DNA of 64,000 nt from Patescibacteria group bacterium (GCA_028716665.1 JAQUPP010000001.1:37313-101312), one strand, 5' to 3'; shown: positions 51,115 through 61,755, counted from the stretch's first letter. Program-made: numbers and translations. Notes: generated by a model not told the origin, from the sequence alone.

Positions 51115-52587
51115 TTATTTTCTCAATTTTTTAACTATTTTACGATATAAAATCACGTATTTTTTAGCCGGTAATTTCCAAGAATATGACTCTCTCATCG
51201 CTTGGCGGACTATTTTTTGCCAAATATTTTTTCTTTTATAATTTTCCAAGGCCCTGGCGATGGTAAACAATAAATCCTGAGGATGATAAGTGGAGAGGAC
51301 AAAACCATTGCCGCGTAATGTTTGCGGATTGTAGTCAACAATCGTGTCGGAGAGCCCGCCCACTTCGTGAACAATCGGGATTGAACCGTAGCGCAAACTG
51401 ATCAATTGCGAGATTCCGCAAGGTTCAAATCGCGACGGCATTAAATAAAAATCCGAAGCGGCATAAATTTTCCTTTCCATGTCTTCTTTAAACGGATAAA
51501 AGAATAATAATTTCTTCGGGTGTTTCTTGGCTTTTTTTCTGAAAAACTCCGTATAATTTTCATCTCCACTGCCGACAATGGCTATCTGAAGATTTAATTT
51601 CAAAAGAAAATCCAAAATTTGGATAATCAATTCAAATCCTTTCTGTTCGGATAAACGATTTGCCAACCCGATTAAAGGAATTCTCGGATCAATTTTCAGA
51701 CCAAACTTTTTTTGGAGAATAATTTTATTTTCCACTTTTTTTTCCAAAGAATTGGCGCGATAATTTACATAAAGAGCCGGATCAAAACGAGGATTGAAAA
51801 CCGTATAGTCTATGCCATTAATAATGCCATAAATATCTTTTAATCTTTGCTTTAAAAAGAAATCCAATTCACAACCGAATTGCGGGGTTAAAATTTCTTG
51901 AGCATAACGCTCACTGACTGTATTGATAACATCAGCATAAATAATCCCCCTCTTCATGAAATTTATATTTTGCAATTCCTCTACGGTGTTGGGTAGTGGA
52001 TTTTTCCCATTATCTCTTTGTTCTTTGGGAATTTTCCACCAATCAGTTGGCGATTGCCAATTTAAATTATGAATCGTCAGCAGTGTACCGACATTTTTCA
52101 AATCAGGATCTTTTTTATATTTTGTTTTCAATAAATAAGGAACCAATCCGGTATGCCAGTCGTGAACATGAAAAATCTGCGGATCAAATTTTAAAATTTT
52201 AACCAATTCTATGGCCGCTAAATTAAACAGATAAAATCTCAAGCCGTTATCCGGATAGTCGTAAATTTTTTCTTTATATCTGGAACCGAATAATTTTTCC
52301 TGGCAGACAAAAAAAACCGGATATTTATCCGGAGAAATGATTTTTTTAAAACCAACTTGATAATTTCGGCCAGCCAATTTAATGGATATTTTATACGGCA
52401 AATTTTCAATCGGCCAATTATTTTTTTTAATTATGCCGTAATAAGGGGTGATAACAATTACTTTGTACCCCAAGCGATAGAGAGAGCGCGGTAAATATCT
52501 GATTACTTCGCCCAACCCGCCGGTTTTTGAATAAGGCGATACCTCAGCGCTGATATGAACAATTTTAAGGTTTTTTTTCATATTCAC
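51115..52587 (-). CDS. glgA: glycogen synthase
   Basis: VHISAEVSPYSKTGGLGEV (KTGGL motif), GT5 fold, 490 aa. Confidence 0.8.
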   Translation of the reverse strand: MNMKKNLKIVHISAEVSPYSKTGGLGEVIRYLPRSLYRLGYKVIVITPYYGIIKKNNWPIENLPYKISIKLAGRNYQVGFKKIISPDKYPVFFVCQEKLFGSRYKEKIYDYPDNGLRFYLFNLAAIELVKILKFDPQIFHVHDWHTGLVPYLLKTKYKKDPDLKNVGTLLTIHNLNWQSPTDWWKIPKEQRDNGKNPLPNTVEELQNINFMKRGIIYADVINTVSERYAQEILTPQFGCELDFFLKQRLKDIYGIINGIDYTVFNPRFDPALYVNYRANSLEKKVENKIILQKKFGLKIDPRIPLIGLANRLSEQKGFELIIQILDFLLKLNLQIAIVGSGDENYTEFFRKKAKKHPKKLLFFYPFKEDMERKIYAASDFYLMPSRFEPCGISQLISLRYGSIPIVHEVGGLSDTIVDYNPQTLRGNGFVLSTYHPQDLLFTIARALENYKRKNIWQKIVRQAMRESYSWKLPAKKYVILYRKIVKKLRK

Positions 52588-52596
52588 CTGCTAAAA

Positions 52597-53079
52597 TTAA
52601 TCCAAGAAATTCTTCATTTGCGCTCCGGCAATAGCGATTGCTAAAGCGTCAGCCGCATCGTCGGGCCTGGGAATTTCCTTGAGCCTAAGCACCAATTTGA
52701 CCATTTTCTGAATTTGCTGTTTTGAGGCCTGTCCATAACCTGTTAGGGCTTGTTTAACTTGCAATGGTGTCAGTTCGCAAACCGGGACGTCATTTAAATC
52801 CGCACTCAAAACTATCACCCCTCTCGCTTCCCCGACTTGAAAGGCTGTTTTAACGTTTTTGGCAAAATAAATTTTTTCTACAACAATTTTTTCAGGTTTG
52901 TATTTTTTAATCAAAATTTTCAGTTCATTGAAAATTTTAGACAATCTTTTTGCAAAAACGGTTTTAGACGAAGTAAGAATACACCCGTAATCTATGGCTG
53001 ACCATTTATTATTGCCTTCTGTTTTAATCACGCCGTAGCCGGTAGTGGCCACGCCAGGATCTATACCTAAAATAATCAT
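52597..53079 (-). CDS. ruvC: Holliday junction resolvase RuvC
   Basis: MIILGIDPGVATTGYGVI... RNase-H fold with catalytic D/E, 160 aa. Confidence 0.85.
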   Translation of the reverse strand: MIILGIDPGVATTGYGVIKTEGNNKWSAIDYGCILTSSKTVFAKRLSKIFNELKILIKKYKPEKIVVEKIYFAKNVKTAFQVGEARGVIVLSADLNDVPVCELTPLQVKQALTGYGQASKQQIQKMVKLVLRLKEIPRPDDAADALAIAIAGAQMKNFLD

Positions 53080-53158
53080 AAGCTAAATGCTAATCACTAT
53101 AAATTATGAGTTTGTAAAAATTTGTATGGAATTATTATTTGTAACGATTCGCATTTAA

Positions 53159-53884
53159 TTACTCAACATTAGAATAACACTCTTCAACATCCTGATCGTC
53201 TTCAATTTCTTCAATAATAGTTTCCAATTTTTTTTGAATTGATTCATCCACTTTAATCGGGTCTTTGGCAACCCATTCTATATCGGCATAATCTATTTTT
53301 ATATTTTCTTTTTCCAGACCTTCTTTAATTTTTTGCAAATTTTCTGACTTGCAATAAATCATTAATCCGTCATCTTCGGGTTTAACATCATCAACCCCTA
53401 AATCAATAATTTTTAATTCCAAATCATCTAATTTTATGCTGCTTTCCGGTGAAACAGAAGCTCGAATCACTCCCTTTCTTTCAAACATCCATAAAACAGA
53501 ATTTTGACCGCCCAAAGAACCGTTATATTTATTAAAAATGCGCCTTAAGCTGCCGGTAGTTCGATTTTTATTATCAGTTAAAGCCTTAATTACAATCATT
53601 ATTCCTTCAGGGCCAAAAGCTTCATAAATAACTTCTTCAATTTGTTCTCCTCCCAATTCGCCTGTTCCTTTTTTAACGGCCCTCTCAATGTTGTCTTTTG
53701 GCACATTAGCCTGTCTGGCTTTTTCCATAGCCAGGCGAAGCTTAAAATTAGAGACAGGATCGCCGCCGCCTTCCCGGGCGGCAATAGTAACCGCATGCGC
53801 CATTTTAGTGAAAATATTGCTTTTTTTAATATCTAAAGCCCCTTTAAAATGTTTTAATTTTGCCCATTTGCTATGTCCACTCAT
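53159..53884 (-). CDS. yebC: YebC/PmpR-family transcriptional regulatory protein
   Basis: MSGHSKWAKLKH... is a highly conserved N-terminus. Confidence 0.85.
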   Translation of the reverse strand: MSGHSKWAKLKHFKGALDIKKSNIFTKMAHAVTIAAREGGGDPVSNFKLRLAMEKARQANVPKDNIERAVKKGTGELGGEQIEEVIYEAFGPEGIMIVIKALTDNKNRTTGSLRRIFNKYNGSLGGQNSVLWMFERKGVIRASVSPESSIKLDDLELKIIDLGVDDVKPEDDGLMIYCKSENLQKIKEGLEKENIKIDYADIEWVAKDPIKVDESIQKKLETIIEEIEDDQDVEECYSNVE

Positions 53885-53998
53885 ATTAATTTATTTTAAT
53901 ATTTAATATTACAATATTATAGCATAATTTAAATTATAGACAATATTCATTACCCGTGTTAAAATGATACCATGTTAACATGCTAAAATAATATCATT

Positions 53999-55048
53999 AT
54001 GACTATTTTAGACGATTTGAAACAAATTAGAAAAATAGACAAATTAAAAATGGCTGACTTCATTTCTGAACTGCCGGAACAATGTTTGGCGGCTTATGAG
54101 CAAGCTCTAAAAATATCTCTGCCCAAAGATTGTCATGAAGTGAAAAATATCATTATCTGCGGCATGGGTGGATCGGCTATTGGCGGTGAATTGGCTAAAG
54201 ATTTGGTCCAAAATAAAATTACTGTTCCGATTATCATCAATCGTGATTTTAATTTACCGATTTTGGTTGATGAAAAAAGCTTGGTGATTCTAGTCAGTTA
54301 TTCCGGCAATACTCAAGAAACCATAAACTGCTTTAAACAATCCTTAAAAACAAAAGCAAAAAAATTTGTCATTACCGGCGGCGGTGAATTGGAAAAAATG
54401 GCAAAAAAAGAAAATTGCCCTATTTTTAAATTTAAATATTCGGCGCCTCCTCGGGCTTCTCTGGCCTATTTGTTTATACCAATCTTGGTTATTTTTGAAA
54501 AAATGGGTCTGGTAAATTTAAAATCATGGCAAATTACCGAATCTTTAAAAGAACTTCAAAAAATCAATAAAAATTTTAAACCTGAAACATTGACGGAAAA
54601 AAATAAAGCCAAATTCTTGGCTTATTCTGTTTTTGATCGCCTGCCGATTATTATCGCTCCATCTCATTTTTCTTCTTTGGCTAATCGTCTGAAAAATCAA
54701 TTGGCGGAAAACGGTAAAAATTTCGCTTTTTCCGAAACCTGGCCGGAAATTTTTCATAATTTCATTGAAAGTCGTCTACCCTTACGAATGGAAGACGATC
54801 TTATTTATTTATTTTTGGACGATTTAAATCAAGATAAAGAAATTAAAAAATCTTTAATATCTTTTCAAGATTTATTGGATAAAAAAAGAAATTACAAAGA
54901 AACAATTTCTCCTTTTGGCGAAAATTATTTCACTCAATTTTTATCTTTTATTTTAATAAGCGATTGGTTAAGCTTTTATTTGGCTATTTTGAATCAATCT
55001 GACCCCACCCCGGTTGAAAACATTAATTGGTTAAAAAAACAATTATAA
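53999..55048 (+). CDS. bifunctional phosphoglucose/phosphomannose isomerase (SIS domain)
   Basis: SIS motif IICGMGGSAIGGE, 349 aa, archaeal-type PGI/PMI architecture. Confidence 0.6.
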   Translation: MTILDDLKQIRKIDKLKMADFISELPEQCLAAYEQALKISLPKDCHEVKNIIICGMGGSAIGGELAKDLVQNKITVPIIINRDFNLPILVDEKSLVILVSYSGNTQETINCFKQSLKTKAKKFVITGGGELEKMAKKENCPIFKFKYSAPPRASLAYLFIPILVIFEKMGLVNLKSWQITESLKELQKINKNFKPETLTEKNKAKFLAYSVFDRLPIIIAPSHFSSLANRLKNQLAENGKNFAFSETWPEIFHNFIESRLPLRMEDDLIYLFLDDLNQDKEIKKSLISFQDLLDKKRNYKETISPFGENYFTQFLSFILISDWLSFYLAILNQSDPTPVENINWLKKQL

Positions 55049-56760
55049 TGCGAGCGCTGAGAATTGTATATTCTTATATAATAAAAAATTGGTCCTGGCT
55101 CAGTTACTGGGTCATTTTTAGTCTTGGCTTTATTGTATTCCTTTACATCAATATGGCTCCTCCTTGCATTTTAGATGGAGATGGATTTTATCACGTCAAA
55201 ATAGCTTTAATGTTGAAGGAAGGTAAAATAATCCAAGATTTTCCTTGGACGCAATTTACAACTTATAAAGACCTTTTTGTTGACCACCATCTTGGTTATC
55301 ACTGGCTATTGGTTCCATTTTTATCTTTGCCAACGCCGAGCAACTTAGACGCTTTTTCGGCCGAAATTGATCCTTTAATTAAGGCAAAATTAGCCACAAC
55401 TTTCTTTGCCGCCCTGATATTTGTGATAATTTATTGGTTTTTTCGCTTTCTTAAAACAAAAAAATCCTTGATTTGGACACTGCTCTGTTTCTTGGTTCCT
55501 GTTTTTTTAGTCAGACTTTCTTTTGTTAGAGCGCCGGCAATCTCAGTCGGTATTTTAATTTTGGGATATTATTTGATTTTAAAGAAAAAATATTTACTTC
55601 TATTTTTGCTTTCTTATTTATATGTTTTAACTCACGGCGCTTGGCCTCTAATTATTGTAGTAACCGTTATTTACGGCCTTGCCGGTTCTTTAAAATATTT
55701 GATTAATCATCTTTATATTTTAAAACTGAAATCTGAAAATAAAAAAATAAATATTTTTACTTTTTGTTTTTCGCATTTATGGCGAGGATTTTTCAAAAAG
55801 AATAATTTAAAACTGATTTTTTCTTGTATTCTGGGATCGACTGCCGGACTGATTTTAAATCCTTATTTCCCTAAAACTCTTCCTTTTTATTGGTTCCAAA
55901 CCGTCAAAATAGCAATTTTAAATTATCAAAGTAAAATCGGTGTCGGAGCTGAATGGTATCCCTACCCCATGGACAGCTTGGTTTTTTTCAATTTACCAAT
56001 TTTTATTCCTTTGGTAATTTCCATCGCCTGGTTTCTCACTTTTATAAAAAAACAAAGGAGGACGGTTTGGTTTTTCTTTTTACTTTCTGTTTTTTTCTTT
56101 TTATATACTTTGAAATCCAGAAGAAATGTAGAATATTTTATCCCGGTGGCTATTTTTTTCAGCGCCCTTATATTCAACCAAATAATTAAAAAAATAAACT
56201 GGCTGAAAATTAAAACCCAAATTAAAAAAAATTTTCAAGGATCTAATAATATATTTTATTTTATCTTTACGGTATTTTTCATTATTTTAAGCGGTTATTT
56301 TTTAATAAATTATATTGATCAAAGTATCTATCAATTGCGGAGATCTGAGCTCGACGACCCGTCTATTAATCACCTTCAAAGAGCTTCTGGGTGGTTAAAA
56401 CAAAACAGCCAACCGCAAGAAATAGTTTTTCAAAGTAACTGGGATATTTTTCCCCAATTATTTTATTTTAATAATCAAAATTATTACATTAATGGGCTGG
56501 ACCAAACCTTCATGTACGAGAAAGATAAAGATCTATATAAAATATGGTTGAATTTGGTTTCCGGCCGCGCTGATCCTCAAACTGCTGCTCAAATTATCAA
56601 AGAAAAATTTCATGCCTCTTATATTCTTTTGGACAAACAAGACAAAGAATTCGCCAATTTGCTGAAAAAATCAAAATTAGAAAAAACTTACGAAGACGAC
56701 GAGGCGATTATTTATAGAGTAGGGGTAATTTCTCCTACTATGCAATCTCCCTCGTTGTGA
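55048..56760 (+). CDS. polytopic membrane protein, putative GT-C family glycosyltransferase
   Basis: At least 12 TM helices with an extracytoplasmic C-terminal domain. Start probably ATG at 55048, overlapping the PGI/PMI stop. Confidence 0.45.
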   Translation: MRALRIVYSYIIKNWSWLSYWVIFSLGFIVFLYINMAPPCILDGDGFYHVKIALMLKEGKIIQDFPWTQFTTYKDLFVDHHLGYHWLLVPFLSLPTPSNLDAFSAEIDPLIKAKLATTFFAALIFVIIYWFFRFLKTKKSLIWTLLCFLVPVFLVRLSFVRAPAISVGILILGYYLILKKKYLLLFLLSYLYVLTHGAWPLIIVVTVIYGLAGSLKYLINHLYILKLKSENKKINIFTFCFSHLWRGFFKKNNLKLIFSCILGSTAGLILNPYFPKTLPFYWFQTVKIAILNYQSKIGVGAEWYPYPMDSLVFFNLPIFIPLVISIAWFLTFIKKQRRTVWFFFLLSVFFFLYTLKSRRNVEYFIPVAIFFSALIFNQIIKKINWLKIKTQIKKNFQGSNNIFYFIFTVFFIILSGYFLINYIDQSIYQLRRSELDDPSINHLQRASGWLKQNSQPQEIVFQSNWDIFPQLFYFNNQNYYINGLDQTFMYEKDKDLYKIWLNLVSGRADPQTAAQIIKEKFHASYILLDKQDKEFANLLKKSKLEKTYEDDEAIIYRVGVISPTMQSPSL

Positions 56761-56781
56761 TTATAAATTAGAAGAATAGAG

Positions 56782-58089
56782 TTGTTTATATTTATGCCAA
56801 AAGTTAATGTTTCAAAACAATTTTTTATATTTGGATTATTAACTGAAATAATTTATTTGTCCTTTTATTTTATTGAACCATTAAGAAAATATTTAGGCGA
56901 TCAATGCATTACTCTCTGCAATGATCGCCTATTTTTATTAATAGTTGGATTATTAATTCTGGCATTAATTTTTTACATTTTTGGTTACAAACAAGTAATT
57001 AAAAAGAATGTTAATTTAAAAACAATTATCATTTTTTTTATTATTTTTAATTTGACCTTATTGTTTATTTGGCCAATCGGTTCAACCGATATATTCACTT
57101 ATATTTATCAATCCAGGGTTTTATCAGTACATCACGCCAACCCATATTTAACGCCTTATAGCGCATTTCCTAACGACAGTTTCTATCATTTGATCAAAAA
57201 TTCATGGTCAACAAACACAACGCCGTATGGGCCGTTTTGGACGATTATCAGTAGCATATTAAGTTTTATCGGGAAAAATAGTTTATTGTTTTCCCTGCTG
57301 ATTTTCAAGCTCTTTTTTATCTTGATTAATTTTTTAAATCTTTTTTTAATTTATAAAATTTCAAATAGCGCCAAAGCTGTTTTTCTTTATGCATGGAATC
57401 CTTTAATTTTATACGAGTTCGCTCTTAACGGACATAATGACGTCTTAATTATTTTTTTCGTCTTACTTGGTTTGCTTTTCTTTTTACGCCAAGATAAAAT
57501 AAAAAATTATGTTTTATCTTGGATTTTTTTAATGTTTTCTGTGTTAATTAAATTCTATACAATTATATTCTTGCCGATATTCTTTTTAATCTCTTTGTTT
57601 AATCTTAAAACAAAAAAAGAAAAACTGTATTTTTCCTTAACGGCCGTTTTAACAACCATAATAATTGCAATACTTTGCTTTTTACCTTTTTGGGGCGGCT
57701 TAAAAGGTTTCTCCGGGGTCAAAACACAGCTTCTAAAAACAGAAATGATATTTTCATCAATTGCAATATTAATACTTTCATTGCTGTTTTATTTCTTGCA
57801 TCTAAACAACTATTTCAATTTAGCCAATATAATCGGCAAAATAATATTTTTAACTTCTTATTGCGCAATAACAGTAAAAATATTTTTTGATCACTGTAAA
57901 TTAATTAAAAATGATATTTTAAAATACTGTTTTTTTGTTTATTTTATTTTTATCATAACCGCGGTCAGTTGGTTAATGCCCTGGTACCTTGTTTTATTGA
58001 TAGTTCTATTGATTTTAAATTTAAAAAACAATACTCTTCTTTATTTTATCACTCTCTATGGTATATTATATTACACTATTCTCAGATAA
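56782..58089 (+). CDS. polytopic membrane protein, putative GT-C (DUF2029-like) mannosyltransferase
   Basis: Many TM helices. Loop motif YQSRVLSVHHANPYLTPY...TPYGPFW. Confidence 0.45.
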   Translation: MFIFMPKVNVSKQFFIFGLLTEIIYLSFYFIEPLRKYLGDQCITLCNDRLFLLIVGLLILALIFYIFGYKQVIKKNVNLKTIIIFFIIFNLTLLFIWPIGSTDIFTYIYQSRVLSVHHANPYLTPYSAFPNDSFYHLIKNSWSTNTTPYGPFWTIISSILSFIGKNSLLFSLLIFKLFFILINFLNLFLIYKISNSAKAVFLYAWNPLILYEFALNGHNDVLIIFFVLLGLLFFLRQDKIKNYVLSWIFLMFSVLIKFYTIIFLPIFFLISLFNLKTKKEKLYFSLTAVLTTIIIAILCFLPFWGGLKGFSGVKTQLLKTEMIFSSIAILILSLLFYFLHLNNYFNLANIIGKIIFLTSYCAITVKIFFDHCKLIKNDILKYCFFVYFIFIITAVSWLMPWYLVLLIVLLILNLKNNTLLYFITLYGILYYTILR

Positions 58090-58093
58090 TTAA

Positions 58094-59491
58094 ATGAAAA
58101 ATATATATAAAAATTTATTATTGACAATAAAAGACAAACTGGCAGTTAACAGCTGGTGGCTGTTTTTATTTTTAATTTTATTATTTTTCCATTGGGCTCG
58201 CCTCCCCAGCAGTGACGAAGGGGTTGTCACAAACGGTGCGTGGAATTTAATAAATCACAAGCAATTATATATTGATTTTTTTGAATTTATCTCTCCGGGC
58301 AGCTTTTATTTAATTTTTTGGTTTTGGGAAATCTTTGGTATTCATTATTTTATAGCTAATTTTTTGGCTATTTTAATCGTTTTTTTGAGCTCAATAGGCA
58401 TATACAGAATCACTCAAACAATCTCCAAAAACAAATTCAATCGTTTTTTTCCTCTTGTTTTTATCATCGCTTCCATTTATTGGCCGATTATCAATCATAA
58501 TACCTTTAACATATTTTTCGTCATTTGGGCTGTTTATTTTTTTCTCAAAGGATTATCTGATTATTCAAAAAATAATTTTATCATCAGCGGATTATTATCC
58601 GGCTTGTCTGTCTTATTTCTACAGCAAAGAGGAATTGCCTTGCTTCTGGCTTTATCGTCATTTTTAATCATATTTTTAATTAAAGAGAGAAAATATTTAT
58701 TATTAAAATTAAATTTTTATTTTCTCATTTTTTCCTTTCTCCCGCTTCTACTTTTACTGAAATGGCCTTTAAAAATATTATACGAAAATTTAATTATCTT
58801 TCCTCTCCTCAATTATACGGAAACGAATAAATACCCTTATTATTTATTCTTGTTTTTCTTGGTCATTTTATTTTTAGTGATCTGGTTTTTAAAAAATGAG
58901 AAATCCAAAAAAATTTGGTTGTTATTTTATGTTCAGTTTTTTCTGCTCCTATCTGTTTTGCCACGGCCTGATTTTTATCATATTTCTTTAATTATATTCC
59001 CCCTTTATTCCATTTTCCCCGTATTATTGGGGGAAATAAAAGGAACCAATCTCTTGGGAAAAACCGTTTATTTTATAATATCATTGGTCGTCTTATTAAT
59101 TATTTATCCTTCAATACTGATTATATGCTCCCAGTCCCTTTTCTATTCGGTAAAAAATGATAAAATTATCTCTTATATAAGGGATAATTGCCCGGGCACT
59201 TATTTGTATGCCGGCCCCTTTATGCCTGATATTTATTTTGAAACAAAAAAAATAAACCCTACCCCATATTCTGTTTTGATAACCAATCAGCAAACTAAAG
59301 AACAATTTCTGGAAGCGAAAAAAATGCTCGAAAAATACCAGCCAACTTGCGCCGTGTTGAACTATAATATAGTGGCTAAATTTAATTATGATAAAAATAA
59401 CCCGGTTGACAATTATATTTTAAATAATTATAAACCGAGTTTTCAAGATGGGGACACTTATGTTTATAGAATTTTGCCTGCCAATTTATAA
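58094..59491 (+). CDS. polytopic membrane protein, putative GT-C glycosyltransferase paralog
   Basis: Many TM helices and a soluble C-terminal domain. Third consecutive paralog. Confidence 0.4.
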   Translation: MKNIYKNLLLTIKDKLAVNSWWLFLFLILLFFHWARLPSSDEGVVTNGAWNLINHKQLYIDFFEFISPGSFYLIFWFWEIFGIHYFIANFLAILIVFLSSIGIYRITQTISKNKFNRFFPLVFIIASIYWPIINHNTFNIFFVIWAVYFFLKGLSDYSKNNFIISGLLSGLSVLFLQQRGIALLLALSSFLIIFLIKERKYLLLKLNFYFLIFSFLPLLLLLKWPLKILYENLIIFPLLNYTETNKYPYYLFLFFLVILFLVIWFLKNEKSKKIWLLFYVQFFLLLSVLPRPDFYHISLIIFPLYSIFPVLLGEIKGTNLLGKTVYFIISLVVLLIIYPSILIICSQSLFYSVKNDKIISYIRDNCPGTYLYAGPFMPDIYFETKKINPTPYSVLITNQQTKEQFLEAKKMLEKYQPTCAVLNYNIVAKFNYDKNNPVDNYILNNYKPSFQDGDTYVYRILPANL

Positions 59492-60188
59492 CGAAGAAAA
59501 AATATTAAAAAATAACATTTTAAAGCTATTGAATTATTGCAATAGTCAAAATTTTAATTTTGACTGGCAAATAATTATTCTTAATAATGGCTCGACGGAT
59601 AATTCTGAAAAAATTTTACGAGAATTGAATAAAGAATATCCTCAAAAAATAAAGATAGATAACATCCAACAACCGGGCAAAGGACGAGCTATAAAGTTAT
59701 ATTGCCTAAAAAGCCAAGCTGATATTATTGTTTATATGGATATTGATTTGGCTGTTTCTTTAAAGAATATCCCTGACTTGATTGATCCAATTATTAAAGA
59801 AAGATATGACTTGGTGGTTGGATCCAGATTGTTGTCGACTTCAAAAATAGAAAGATCTTTTATCAGAAGTTTAAGTTCAAAAGTTTATAATTGGTTGTCA
59901 AAAATATTGTTTAATCATAATCTCTCCGACCTGCAATGTGGATTTAAAGCGATTAAAGCCGATATTTTTAAAAAAATTATCCCTTATATTAATGACAATA
60001 AATGGTTTTTTGACACGGAATTAATTATTTTTACCAAATATTTTGGTTATAAAATAAAAGAGATACCGGTTGATTGGCAAGAAAACAGGTATGATCAAAG
60101 AAAAACCAAGGTTCGCTTATTGAAAGATAGTTTTAATTTTATCTTGAATTTAGTAAAATTAAAAATGCGGCTTTATAAAGGGTTTTAA
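59448..60188 (+). CDS. GT2 polyprenol-phosphate sugar synthase (DPM1-like)
   Basis: CLPIYNEE...NNGSTD...DIDL(DAD-like)...QCGFK motifs. Start probably the Met at 59460. Confidence 0.7.
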   Translation: MGTLMFIEFCLPIYNEEKILKNNILKLLNYCNSQNFNFDWQIIILNNGSTDNSEKILRELNKEYPQKIKIDNIQQPGKGRAIKLYCLKSQADIIVYMDIDLAVSLKNIPDLIDPIIKERYDLVVGSRLLSTSKIERSFIRSLSSKVYNWLSKILFNHNLSDLQCGFKAIKADIFKKIIPYINDNKWFFDTELIIFTKYFGYKIKEIPVDWQENRYDQRKTKVRLLKDSFNFILNLVKLKMRLYKGF

Positions 60189-60258
60189 ACCCTTTACTTT
60201 TCGCTCGCTTGATAATAAAATCCGCAAATAAAAAATATCCAAAAAATCAATAAAAAAT

Positions 60259-60295
60259 CTAAAACCCTCTCATAACGAGAGGGTTTTAGATTTTA
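60259..60295. terminator. bidirectional terminator hairpin
   Basis: ctaaaaccctctc-ataacg-agagggttttag. Confidence 0.6.
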
Positions 60296-60312
60296 AACCT
60301 AAATTCTTTACT

Positions 60313-60747
60313 TTAAGATCCCAAACCAATTTTTTGCGGCGGGTTTAATGAATTAATAACAAAAGTGGCAATCGCGTAGGATAAGAGAATAATCACTAAT
60401 CCTACTATTGCGCTAAGCATCAAGGCCTTAGCCTGACTAATTTGTTTTTCCTGACCACCGGAAATCATCCACATTACTCCGCCAACTATCAATAAAATTG
60501 TCAGAATTAATCCGCTTAATCCGAGGATAATCTTAACAATTCTACCTATAGAAGTCGGTAAGTCAGTGTTGGATTTAAGATTGGCTTGCTGACCGGTTTG
60601 ATTCAAAAGTTGTAAAGAATCTGGCTCCTCGGCTAAAACATTCGGTCTAACCATATTCGGTAACCAGATACTGATTAAGAACACGGCTATCAACAAGATA
60701 TAAAAGACCTTCTGCTTTTGGTCGAGTTTTTTCATATTCAATTTCAC
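60313..60747 (-). CDS. secreted two-helix small membrane protein, VirB2/TrbC-pilin-like paralog 4
   Basis: Signal/TM helix, then ...IVGGVMWMISGGQEKQISQAKALM... and a second hydrophobic helix. Shares the GGxxWMxSxG...K...K motif with its three neighbours. Confidence 0.45.
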   Translation of the reverse strand: MKLNMKKLDQKQKVFYILLIAVFLISIWLPNMVRPNVLAEEPDSLQLLNQTGQQANLKSNTDLPTSIGRIVKIILGLSGLILTILLIVGGVMWMISGGQEKQISQAKALMLSAIVGLVIILLSYAIATFVINSLNPPQKIGLGS

Positions 60748-60753
60748 TTATTA

Positions 60754-61119
60754 TTAATTCGTAACATCTTGTATTCTTGCAGTAAGATAACTGGCAACAG
60801 CATAGGCTAAGACAACGATAATAATACCAATTACACCAGCAGCCATTAATTTCTTGGCTTCAGCAATTTTAGTTTCATCGCCACTTGAAGTCATCCATTT
60901 AAAACCACCGGAGATAATGATGACTGCGCAGACTAAACCTAAAAAGCCCAAGACAATGCTCATAATTCTACCCATGGCGGTAGGGAGGTCGGTATTACCA
61001 TAATTCGCGGCGCTGCGGAAGTTCTCTAAACCATTGTTCATTTCTTGCGCATTAGCGACTAATGGCATAACTAAACCCACCACTAAGACCAAAGTCATTG
61101 CTAATAAACATTTTTTCAT
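60754..61119 (-). CDS. secreted two-helix small membrane protein, VirB2/TrbC-pilin-like paralog 3
   Basis: Signal peptide ...PLVANA|QE, then ...ISGGFKWMTSSGDETKIAEAKKLM... and a second helix. Confidence 0.45.
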   Translation of the reverse strand: MKKCLLAMTLVLVVGLVMPLVANAQEMNNGLENFRSAANYGNTDLPTAMGRIMSIVLGFLGLVCAVIIISGGFKWMTSSGDETKIAEAKKLMAAGVIGIIIVVLAYAVASYLTARIQDVTN

Positions 61120-61285
61120 TTTATTTTTCCTCTTTCGTCCAACCTTTTAAGTAGGACGATTTATTAAAAAAACGACCTTGAAAGTTAATATTTAATTAAA
61201 GACTAACTATAATATTATTAAATCACCTTAAAAGCTCTTTGTCAATTTGGATTTGTGGATAAAGTTTATCCATAATCACAACTAT

Positions 61286-61720
61286 TTATTTATTTGCGAA
61301 AGCTTTTAAAAGAAATTCGACTATGGCGTAGCTTAAAAATATGAAAGCCATACCCAGAATTGCCCAAACAATAGCGTTCTTGCCGGTCTTTATTTTATCC
61401 GCATTACCACCTGAAGTCATCCAAGTAAAACCTCCATAAATAAACATTACTAGAGCGATAACACCAACAAATCCCAAAATATATTTTAAAACATCACCAA
61501 TAATAACAGGGATGGATCGATGACCCAATGGTTGAGGTAGCTCTAACTCTTCTTCGGACACAACTGTATTGGCAGTATTAGCAGCATTCTGTGCCATACA
61601 AGGATGAATCAATAATAAAGAGCCAACTACCAAACAATTTAAAATTAAAAGAAAGTAAAATTTTTTAGTCATAAAGTTGTATATTTTATCGCAAACCACT
61701 AAAGAATTCACGATAATCAT
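61286..61720 (-). CDS. secreted two-helix small membrane protein, VirB2/TrbC-pilin-like paralog 2
   Basis: ...IYGGFTWMTSGGNADKIKTGKNAIVWAILG... Same architecture. Confidence 0.45.
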   Translation of the reverse strand: MIIVNSLVVCDKIYNFMTKKFYFLLILNCLVVGSLLLIHPCMAQNAANTANTVVSEEELELPQPLGHRSIPVIIGDVLKYILGFVGVIALVMFIYGGFTWMTSGGNADKIKTGKNAIVWAILGMAFIFLSYAIVEFLLKAFANK

Positions 61721-61755
61721 ATACCCTTTAGTGGTATATGATTTTAATTAATTTT

